Assembly: GCA_036172245.1 (NCBI GenBank)
Contig: JAYWIR010000004.1
Span: 4,588,001 to 4,652,000 of the forward strand
Length of the DNA stretch: 64,000 nt
Direction of reading: 5' to 3'
From: Raillietiella orientalis
Lineage: Eukaryota
Shown piece by piece: positions 53,101-64,000 of the stretch. Position 1 is the stretch's first letter, and every line of letters begins with the position of its first letter. Made by a program: the position numbers and the translations under genes. The notes beneath the pieces are model-generated. The model had not been told where the DNA came from and searched no databases. It saw only the letters and a program-made list of their open reading frames with translations.

Positions 53101-54045
53101 CATTCATATATCCATGAGGAAATTACTCATATGCTCACTTTTATCTAAACATGACTCTTGGAGGGGAAACAGATGCAGGTACTTTTTCCTACTCTTCTGG
53201 TCTGTTTTCCTGCTCGTATGCCGATTATTTTAATGAACTGTGGCTTACGGAAGCTCACCAACATGTTAAAGAGAAGCTTCCCATTTACTTTCCAAAGGGA
53301 AAAACAAAAACAGTACAAGCTTTCCCAGAGGATATGCAGCACCGTCAAGGAATCACCTGTCATCCAGACTTCTTCCTGAATCTGCAACAACATACGCGAT
53401 TTATGTTCTCTGATATCCATGTGCCCCAGACACAGATATCGGAGAAAAATGAGCGCACCAGTGAAGCGCACACAATTAAGTTCATTTCTGCGATTCGGAC
53501 TTAAGGGACAACTGGAGTAGGCAGCAGTAAATAAGGAAATATGGGGTACGCTCCCGAAACCAAATGTTGCCATCCTCATCAAGAAAATGTTAGGTCTAAG
53601 AAAGAGTACGCCCAAAGTACAAGCCCAACACTTTCGAATTGTGTTCTCGAACAGCCTCATGAAGAAAAAAAAAATCAGCAACAATCTCATTTTGATGTTC
53701 CATCAGAGACAAACATTTCTATAATTTCGTTCTTTCGCGAAGCTCTTTCGTGAACTTGCTAGATACCCTTCCGGAAGTGTTTGCGCTCGATGGGATTCCT
53801 TCGGCAGAGCACAGAAAGTTCTCTCGCATTGAGAAATAAATTCTTCTTCGAATATACTGATGCGAGTTTGATCGTAAACTTCCATAGCCTGACTCGGTAG
53901 ATAGAAGTATCCAGAGACTTCCTTTTCTCCCATTACGGGAGCATCAAGAACCTTGGTGAACACAAACACTTTCCCCATATCCAAAGATCATTTCGTTCTT
54001 AGGAGCTTTGGGAAATTTCTTATTCCTTTTCTCAATAAAATCCAG

Positions 54046-54089
54046 AAATTGTGCCCCGCTCACGAGTGATGGTGAGCGGGGGACAATTT
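54046..54089. repeat. GC-rich hairpin, 18-bp arms, 8-nt loop
   Basis: AAATTGTGCCCCGCTCAC-GAGTGATG-GTGAGCGGGGGACAATTT, 1 mismatch. Confidence 0.85.
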
Positions 54090-57000
54090 AGTCGCTCTTC
54101 TATACTCAGTGACCTCAGGCCAAATAATGTGTGCAAGTGACTTGTGCCTGAGTTCGGTGCGAAACTCGGTAACTAGATGCCATTCTTCTGGTCCAACTTA
54201 TGTTTAGAAGAGTTTCAAACATCCCTTACCCGATCTGGGTGATACTCCATGTGATCTCCGGGAGAGGTTTTTTGCCAAGAGTGCTCTCGTTCCACTTCGT
54301 CACTCATCCTCCCCAGCAGATTCAGAAGGTATGTACAAAGTACTTTTAGAGCCAAATAGAAAGGATAACGTATCTGATGATTCTTTTTGAATAATCGACA
54401 AACTTTGTTGCGAGCTCGTTTTTGCGTTTCCAGAGGTTGTTCCTGCTCTACCCCCGTTGCATTAAGATGAGGTCACCCACGCCTGCGATTGCTCCATCAG
54501 ACTGATTGATGATTGCAAGTGATGACTTGCACTTCTTCGAAGACTTTTCCTTCGACAGAATCCTATTCAGAAATGTTAAAAGCGAGTCAGAAGACTAAAA
54601 GTCGAAGGTACGTAGCAATCAGTTCTCTCCGCCGAACTTGGTAGCTTCCATTGCCTAAGGAACCTGAAACTCCAAGATTCGTATTCAAGGAGTCTGTTTC
54701 TTTGAATGAAGAAATAATGACTATCTTTCCCACGTCCATACGTTCACGCAATCTACTCCTGTAGCCAACTCCTCCATAAAAGGATACCGCATCACGCATT
54801 AAAACTTTGAGTCTCTCTATCTTGCGTTCTCTGCGAGGCACCTTCGAGACCTACGTTTCGCGGCCGTCTAGCTTGAGTCACAGCAGAGCTCCACTATTAG
54901 TGAGAACCTTTTGTAAGATGATCCAATGCATCCATTCGATTTAAGGAGCGCGGTACAGGAAAGCCACGTGAACCTTCACGATGAGCAATAGATTCCCCAA
55001 AGACTCGAGTTTTTGGCTCGGTGTGCCCGCAGCTGAGGTCGCTTGTGAGCTCTCAGTCCGCAGAAGATCGGAGCTCGTGATGTTTAATTAAGACCATCTC
55101 GGGTATGAACACAAGCATGCCATCTAGGTGCATATAGTGCTCTGAAAATGCAGACTTTCTGAACAAGGCGATCTCGCATTTAGGAATCCACAGGCGGACG
55201 ATTTCCGTTGTCCATCGTCTAGAAGAAACTCAGAGGCGGAACTGTGAAGATGGGAGCTTTTCAAGGCAACTCTGCAGGATGAACTAATGACTGGTACACG
55301 TCCCTTCCCCGCCGACTTTCGTCATTCTGGGTTTTCAAATAGATGTACATGGACAACGTCGATGACTATGTGATAGTCTGGAGGCTCTTCTTTGTTTCCG
55401 CAAGTCGCAACTGAGAAAGAGACCTTGAAAAAAAAAAAAAAAAAAGCATTCTCGAAACTCTCGAACTAATATGAAAAATAAGACACCTTAGTGATGAGGA
55501 GTGTGGTCGTCCGAAGAAACCCAAGAGGAACTGTCTTATCATTACCTGTTCAGGATCAGAGGTTGCGTTGATCACTCAAATCCTTCATTGAACTTCGAGC
55601 CATTCCTTGTCCTGAGCGCGCTTGAAAAAATGGCCTTCCAGAAACCTGAACCTTGCCATCTCCAAACTAGTGCTTTCCTGATTCCGAAATCCCCGGAGGT
55701 GCAGCCTCTAGAGATTTAAGAATTGCCACACCTAACTGCTAGTTGATAGGCAGATGTTGTTGAAAGTTAAGTAAAAATCAATTTGAGAGTTCGAGAAGAA
55801 CGTTCAAAGAATTTCCGGACTGATATGACCGGAAATCAGATGCCCTTCAGTCACGTAATTCTCTAGAAGCCTGAAAAAGAAAGAATGCCGAAAATTCAAT
55901 AACATGGGTTTGCGAACAAAAACCTTTCTTCATTGGAACTCTTCGTAGTTGTTTCAGAGATTTTTCTCCAGTAGTGTTTTGGTACTTAAGGTGATTGAAG
56001 ACTTGAAAAGCTTTTCCTGATTTGTTGGATGGGAATTACAAGCAGTCCTTTTGGATATCGAGAAACAGAGGTGCCGGGAAGTATGAACTGTGCTCAGTCT
56101 CCCAGGCAGCTAGAGTTTGGTCAACAGGTAGCAAGTTTGGACATCAATTCCTCATGATGGACATGCCTGAACGTGTTTCTCTGTACACTCGAATAAGAAA
56201 GAATCCTTTCATGAGACAGCCAAACGAAAGGTGAGTGATGTTATCGTGTGAAAAAAATGGACTCGGTGATTACCGAGAGCTGACTGAAGTTGAAAAAAAC
56301 TGAAGCCAGAAAGCGTTAGAGATCTCAATGGAATTCTTCTCTTCCACAAACTGCTCAACTCCAGTGAAATCATAAACACCGAGGGTACTTTGTCATCAGT
56401 TCAACGAATGGAACTATGCAAATGCAAACACTTTCTGGAAGATTCAAGGAAGATTTTCCGTTGCACAGTGAGCGTTAGCATGCTGGTACAGAAAAAGCAA
56501 GAAGAAAAAAAAAACATTCGTTTGCATCTGAGTTCGACTTGCACGCCTGGGATCTCCCGATCAGAATACAATTTTGAGATTTCTTCAAAACTATGACAAG
56601 AACTTCCAAAAACTCAAAGATTTTGAAAACTAGAGGAATTTTTTCTTTCTGAGCACAAAATATCAAATCCCAGTCAAGATGGAGATATAGGACCTCCTAA
56701 TAGATGGAAAGAGGTGATCACACAATTGAATCATAACGTCGAATATGGATTCACATTTGTTTTTGCTTCGAACAGGTTGTCAGGCTTTGCAGCTGACCTA
56801 GCAGGGAGCACAGAATTTGGGCAGTCAAGTAAAAGTTCAAGAGCTCATGTTGCCTTTTTTCTCGCACCCACGGTTTTAATAGCCTCAGCAATGGATAAAC
56901 TTCAGGATGGAGAATCTCCAGAAAGCATGTAAATTTCTTGATTCAAATAACTAAGGGGATCGTGTTTCCTTGTTTATAGGAAAGTTAATGGAACACTTTC

Positions 57001-57566
57001 CTGTTGAGAAGAACTTTGCAGGCTTTAATGGAAGCTCGTGGCTGTGTCCGGCTGGAACGTCAGCGATAATGATAACGCAACACAGTAATTACAAAACTTC
57101 AGACGAATTATGAGCATTTTCGAAACATTATGACGCAATTATTGCATGAGATATCAGAACCTTTCTTGCTATCATGTTTCAAAGTTGTGCAATGTCAAGC
57201 GACATTTGGTTCCTCAAGAAGAGCAAATGGAGGATTCTCGATGAGCTGTAATGTTCCTAATGATGGCCTGAATCTCTTATTCAGAATCATTTTCTGTTGT
57301 TAATGGTGCGATGCCCTTTTGATTGGAGTATCTATTTATAGAACAGCACTACCTTAATTGACGACATGTAATGTAAAAATTGTGGATTATTGAAAGTCAA
57401 ATCGTGCATCCAATCTCTTTAACAGGAAAACTCATCCCGCAAAGCAGAAAGTGAAGCAATTTTGGGGGAATTGATGGTGAAGTCCCACCAACTAGAATTT
57501 CTCCACTTTTGGTATTCCTTATTGCCTGGTCCTGGGTTCTAGTGTTCCCATGCAGGAAGATACTAT

Positions 57567-57621
57567 TGCATCTTCACTGATGAACGCGATGAAATTTAGC
57601 GCGTAGGTCTTGAAGATTGCA
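57567..57621 (+). ncRNA. Degenerate type I hammerhead-ribozyme-like motif (candidate)
   Basis: TGCATCTTCA-CTGATGA-ACGCGAT-GAAA-TTTA-GCGCG-TAGG-TC-TTGAAGATTGCA. The core boxes are in order, stem I has bulges, and stems II and III are weak. Confidence 0.3.
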
Positions 57622-60048
57622 GATTTTGGGGGGCTACAGATCTCAGGAAGTTCCTGAAAATTCTTAATCTTAACAAGATTTTCCTAGAACTGCCATTTTC
57701 AAGTGGACTTTTTTGTGATTCTGGAATGCGCTTTGCAAAAGGAAGCATACAAGGAAGATTCTCCCGAAGCATTTTTCCTGAAATTTTCTGAAACTTTGAA
57801 CTCCTTGAGAACTGAAAAATCAGCCCATCATCTGATTGCAAACAATACTTTTGATTCCTCCGGGATTGTTCCTGTTTTCACTCTTTGAAGTGGATCTCCA
57901 TCCCATTCCACAAAAATACCCAAATTCCGTCTTTTAAGTTTCTATGAAAACATTTAGTATTCTACATACTTTGTAGAGGTTCAATCTGTTTTATTGGAAG
58001 ATGGGTCAATTTTTCTTTTTTTCTTTAGAAGCTACAGCTGCAGCTTCCAGTAAAGGTTTCGGTTTCTCCGTGCTGGACAACATATAACTCCTTCCGCAAG
58101 TCAGCATTGAGATAATTCCAAGTGCTGAGAGACTCATCGTGCTCAGATGATGCGCGATGTTCGAGGAAACCACTGAAACTATTCACAGGATACTGCAGCT
58201 TCCGAATTCTCCAGCTTGGATACGGATCTTCATCTGCAATTTCGGTTTCACAGCGTCGACCATCGGTTAGGCTATCAAATCCAGGGATGAAACAGAAATC
58301 GCATTCCAATAGTTGATTCTTGAACCTGTGATTCGGCGAAGAACTAAAACATTCGTTTTATATCTTCACGATTTCTCTCATGCACAAGACATGCGCTTTC
58401 CAAAAACACGTATACGTGAGCACATTGCCTCATCAAAGAGCAAATAGTAAAATGTACGATATGAAGCGCTGATAAAGGAGTTGTTGTGGAGTTTTGCAGG
58501 TTGTCGAATAATTTAGCAACGGTTACTACTTATTTGTATTTCTTCAAAGAAAAACAAACCCGGTTAGCCTTGTTTCGTTCATCCTTCCCCAAACTCGACA
58601 AAGTGAAAGCGATCCTCCAAAAGTGAATCAGTCTGAATGATCTCGATTCCACCACTGTGGAAAAAGTTCGGAAAAGAGGGAAACTGTGCTTCTTGCCCTT
58701 AACACTTTGAAGAAAGGATCGTCGTTTGTGGTGGTGATCTAAGGTCATCTCTAACATGCTCACTTTAAAGGGGAAGGCAGGCATTATGGAAATTCCAAAG
58801 AGTCTCCTGAAATTCCTCAATGATATGTAAGGTTTCTGTAGTCCGACATTTGAATCTTCATCCACCTATACTGCTCACTTAAATCAATGAATCTGACATT
58901 TGAGTACGTGGTGGTCCATACTTGCATGGAGAACAAGAATGCTCTGGTACAAAGTTGTAAGTGTTTGTGAAGAGTTTTAATCTTGATTTACTCTGACAGC
59001 CTCTGAATAGCTTCCTTACAGCTTAATTTTCACCCATGAGGAATAGATTATCTGTGACAATTTTTGGAAGATCCGAGCACGGCCATTCAAGCGTGCTGAA
59101 ATGACTGGATCCTGAAGAGATGTAGTTCGAGAGACAGTTATATTGAGCAGTAAGTATTTCACCAAATACACGGATATTTGACACTGGTCAAGGGCAAGCA
59201 GAAAGTAATCGAAATTCCTTTATTCATCCTGGTCAAGTCGTGGTATTCTTATAATTTTATATGTATGTAAACTAAAATTGCTTCATCCAAGAACATCCAG
59301 ATTCGTTTCAATAGTACTCTTCAGCAAATAGAACGTAAGTTTGGGACATTCTTTGCGACTGCGTGAATTTATCATGACCATCGTCTTCTTACTAGGCGGG
59401 GATATATTCATACCAAAAGAAAGAAAGTTCTCTCGCTGTTTCGTTTACGTGTTCAGTTCCAAACTTCATTAGAATCATGAGAAATTAGCGCTTGTGAATT
59501 TGATTTTTCACCATGAATAACTCCCCTGGCTACCTGTAGATTATGCTGGCCTTAATCCAATGCCGCTCCATTATAAGATTTCTCAAAAATTCTGCTCCTG
59601 CTGTAACTTCATCCCAACTTGTATCTGAAACTGCATCATTGGCCAATACAAACTGGCAGTTCTAAGCATGCACCTGCATGTCGCCTTATAATAGACTACT
59701 TTAGGGAGGAAATCCCACTAATCTTGTTATCCTTGAGCTGAGCTAAAGCTAGTGATGATGATGATGATGAGTGTTACATGCTTGCAACCAAAGCTTTCAA
59801 CAACCCACTTGGGTGGCCGTTCTCGACATTTTGCATTTTGTGCATGTGTGCGTGTCACCCAAAATATTTCTGCATCTCATTCACATGCAAAGTCCAGGTT
59901 TCTTGCCTTCAAAATCTACGTGGGCTCCAAATTCTCAAAATTAGGCTAAGCAGAACACTTTACGGTGGTTTTCTAAATTTTCTATCTTGTTCAATAATAT
60001 CTTCCCAAGATGCGATTTTCGGGACTTTCCTGTCGGCACGTATATTTC

Positions 60049-60587
60049 AAGCATCCTCTCGAAGAGTCTCTTCCGATCAAGAAAGTGGTAGCAGTAAAAC
60101 AACCGTGACCGACTAAACCCAAGTACCTTCGGGATGTTCCACCTTCCATCACCCCTACTCAACGGATCGGGTGGGACAGTACTCAAGCAGATCGCTCCAC
60201 GGGAAGAAGAAGAAACGAAGACCAACTCTCTTACAGGGGTCAGCGAAACAGCAATTCTCTCTCTCCAGATTCTCCAATCCAAGACGAACGGACTTTTTTC
60301 CAGCGAGATGGAATCCCGTGTCGGAGCAGGAGGATTGGTATGGAGCCCTCGACCCACTCTGCAGAAGGAACTCGGAAAAGGGGGGATTCTTGCTCCTTCA
60401 ATCTGCGACTTTCCTCGAGGCTGGTGGTTTTACTTGGGGACGCGCATCTGTGGCAAAACCGCAAACCGGAAGCGAAAGGGCCATCACCGACACGACCTAC
60501 GAGTGGGGCTTTGAATACGCGTTGGTACAGCAGTCCGAGATGTGCAACGCGTGGCTCAAGAAAACGGAGAAACGGAAATGAGAGAAT
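60049..60587 (+). repeat. 539-bp inverted duplicate of 30536-31074
   Basis: Direct sequence comparison; see the partner feature. Confidence 0.9.
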
Positions 60588-63500
60588 GGATAACCTAAGA
60601 ATCACATAGGATCACGATTTCATTGATTCTCTTCTATAAACTTTTATTATTACATCGCTTTTGCAAATCTGTTTCCTCAATAGGATGAAAACCTTGTGGA
60701 TTGGAACCCAAGGAAGGTTAGAATGTTTGACGTAGGTATCACTTATGGCAGCGATCACTCTGGATGAAGATGACATCCTTTCTTCGTGCAGTTCAGGAGC
60801 TCTCATTCCAATGAATCTATAATCACTTCATTTTGGGAATTAGTTCTTACATATGATGAACTGTACATCATGTGTAACCGTACATTGTTTCGATTTCAAA
60901 GTGCTTAGGAACTCACGTCTCTAAATCTCTCAGAGCACGTGCTGTCATGGCGATGACTGAAGAATTTTGTGTTCCACATCCGATGACTTCTCCAAAATGC
61001 TTTCTGACATCTGGTTTTAAAAAGAAGGAGCCAAAACTTGCACAAAAAAAACCAAGATATCGTTCGAAAGTACTTTTCTTTTCATTTTCCGTGACTCGCT
61101 TCTGTCTCCAACGCTCTCCAATATTTGATTGCGAGCAAATGTTCCAGATTCGCAAAGAAATCTCTCTCCCTTGCTAACATTTTCATAGTGAAGATTCATT
61201 CAAACAGAGGACCATGTCTCGCGAGCACGAGCAGCAATCCCAAATGTTTCCCAGCGGTTTTTCTTCCTGGCATATCACGACATGTACATGCCACGAATTG
61301 AATTTGAGGGAAAACAAGCTAAAATGGTGTTGCCATGCTTTCGAATTTTCAAGGTATCGCGTTTTCCTCTCAAAAATTCGAGGATGTGATGTGGACTTTT
61401 ATTCTCCAAAACTTTTCCCATTCTTTTTGCGTTCTATCATCGAAGCTGGTTATCTCTGCGCGTCGTTGATTCTTATAGTTCAGCAATGAGATCGGTTCCA
61501 GTTGAAAAATTGAATTTGTAGATGCGACCATCATTTGGAAAAAGGGAAAAATATAGATGGCTGCTACTGCCTTCGAAGTGTAGGACGGCCAGATGCTATC
61601 GAAGCATCAAAGCAGCTGTACGTCTGTCCGAAACACCACTATGCAACAAGCAGATATCACGATGAAGAACACTTCTCACGTGAAACTGCACAGTTTCTGA
61701 TCTTCCCAGAATTTCTTCGTTCTTGAAGAGTGCTTGACATTTAGTGTCCAATGAACCTTTCGTGAGACAGGCAGGCGAGTAATGAAAGCTCGCTGTTTAC
61801 CGACGATCACCAAAACACAGTAACATTTCCAGATCTTTTTTCAGGTGCATTGGTGGAAATTTCTCGTCAGTACCACTTGTTGTCCAGGAAACTCTTCCCA
61901 TCATCACCATAATCTCACAGTATGTTTGGGAAATGAAATAAATTGCGAACTGCGGGTGGTTTGGAATAAAACGTGTGGAATCTTATATTACTCTAGTTTT
62001 ATAGAATGTCGGTGAGAATGTTTTCATGGCTTTTCGTTGTAGATAGCCATAGCTGAATGAGAAAACCGTCTTTGGGAAGCTTTTCGAATCCAATTTTCCA
62101 AAGCATCAGTTATTGAACGAATATCGAATTTTCTAGTTTCAGAAAACACATCTGAAGAGTTGGTGGAAATCCACTGCCAGCATCAAGGAATCAGGCGGTG
62201 ACAGGAAAGCTTCTGGCATTGGCAAGTGTTTACAATCTTCTCATTAGAAAGGCAGAGAATTGGTTGAAGATCAAACATGTATCATGTAACACATGTATCA
62301 TGACAAAATGCACTTTTGCATCTTCTCAGAAATTTCCAGAAATGGAAATTTCCAGATTTGCTGATCGAAGTGCAATTTTTCATTTCTCAACTGATCTGGA
62401 CCTACCGTTGGCAGATTTCTTTCTTACTATGATATTTGATGTGTCTGCTCTGCATAAGATGGATATGCAAGTTCGGAGACAAGTAGATACAGATTTCCAC
62501 TTTATCAGCAACTTTCTAGGAAATTCAAGCAGAAAGCAGAAAAACCTTTTGAGTTTTTTTTTTAATAACGTTCTTCAAACACGTGTTGGAAAATGAAAGA
62601 TCCCCTTCAGAACTGTGAGCATTTTTCTGTAATTAGGAGTTTCCTTCAAAGATATAAACAAACACTCTACCTTCCCGATTCTCTCGCCTTACGATGAAAA
62701 AGTAGACCAACTGATGTGAAAGACTCATTCAGAATCACCTCTTCTAGAGAGCATCCATGCCATGGTTTCATCGATGCTGATTACTTCTGCTGGTTTGGTG
62801 CTCTGAATCCATTAACTTTTTTTCCGGTTCAGGAATTCTCCAGCATGACGTCCTACTGTTTTTATACGTGTGCGTTTGTACTGCATATGTTCATGGCAGG
62901 TCCAGGAATTCGATGGATATTTTTAGGAAAATTTTTCACTTGCCTCTGCTTTATGAGTTAAACATGGAAGCGTTCTTTCCTCCCGAATCTCCACTCTTTC
63001 CGTTTCCTCCTTCGAAAATCATCAGGAAGCTCTATTTCCCAAGGCATCCCTTCCCGGATGTCTCGTAAACTTGCGCTGCCTCCCATATTAAACAAAAAAA
63101 AATGCGCATCCTAAACTCCAGCCGGACTTTCCTTCCAAGGGAAGAGTTCATCGGAGCGATGATTACTTCCTCCCTAATGTCACCTCGAATTAAAATACGT
63201 CTGATGATTTCAAGATTACTTGTGGCGTGCAGGTTGCAGACGCGCATTCCAACTGCTCTTTGCTCGTTTCGTTTTATTGAGATAGTGACTAAGAATTACG
63301 GTCATCCGGAAAGCCTTTGGTGCAAAAAGGGATATCGCCGGTATCCTTTGGGATATTCCCACGCTGCAAACAGAGATTGAAAATATTAACATTCCGCCAA
63401 ACGACAACTGAACGAACGACCAATCTCAAGGACCAATGTCTTTTTCCTTTTGGAAGCAATTTGCATTCTGGAGGTAAAGGCTGAGCTTAAAATTATGAGA

Positions 63501-64000
63501 TCATTCGTGTTTCTTCTAATTTCATGATTCTAACATACTGGACAAGTCCTGCGTACATCTCTGGCTCCAATGACTTAGTGTATCCAAATTTGGTATATAA
63601 AATGATGCTAAAAAGGAGGATATAAGCAGATGGAGGGAAGGAGAAGGGTTCCATTGTACTTTTCGCCTGTCTCTACTCTTCAACTCTTCTCGTGATTCTT
63701 GAATATTCTTCGAGCACGGAGAGCCATCCGAGAAGTTTCCAGCACACATTCCGGAAACACCGGGTGACCAAGCACACCATTCCCTTACTGACGTTCTGCT
63801 CCAGCTTCTTGGGATGCTGCAGCTCCTTCAACGCTTTATGATCTCCCGACACTTAATGCCCCAGAAATCCTGCCACGGTGGCTTTTGGAGCACTAGACCA
63901 GAATTCAGCCTCAACTGACCAGTTCGACTGACCTAACGCCACAGTTTCAGGGTCGCTTTGTGATTGAGCCATTAGCTCATCGTGTCTCTCCGTAACCACT

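Noticed and set aside
58025..58309. SWIM zinc finger of a MULE transposase (YVV...CSC)
   Set aside because: The downstream CxH is missing and no other transposase motif is seen.
63746..63767. ACATTCCGG-AAACA-CCGGGTGA as a seventh retroelement terminus
   Set aside because: The hairpin geometry matches, but there is no upstream AATAAA-like signal and no T-rich/C-rich UTR, so it may be chance.
1..64000. Most ORFs in the supplied track as real genes
   Set aside because: They are short, overlapping, often start at alternative codons and have no recognisable domains. Many are shadow frames of GC-rich retroelement DNA.

Overview
Repeat-rich, apparently non-genic eukaryotic DNA. It is probably invertebrate: the U2 fragments read AAAGTGT, as in insect and nematode U2, rather than vertebrate AAGTGT. 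No intact host gene, rRNA, tRNA or CRISPR array can be supported. The window is dominated by L1/Tx1-like non-LTR retrotransposons: one young 5'-truncated copy (2291-4010; open 485-codon ORF2 C-terminus, 13-bp TSD, no poly(A)), a nested pile of older copies at 13.8-19.0 kb including an ORF1 remnant with a CCHC knuckle, and a 5'-inverted copy at 37.2-38.3 kb. There is also a decayed piggyBac with both TIRs (10642-12362). Main observations: (i) six retroelement 3' ends with partly unalignable UTRs share a 27-nt AATAAA-like plus hairpin terminus in place of a poly(A) tail; (ii) two U2 snRNA 5' fragments both stop at nt 35-36, one of them inside a Tx1-like 3' UTR; (iii) two near-identical inverted duplications of dead element pieces lie 23 and 29 kb apart, one shaped like a gene-conversion tract; (iv) several long fold-back palindromes and a degenerate hammerhead-like motif. 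All alignments were made by eye and no database searches were run.
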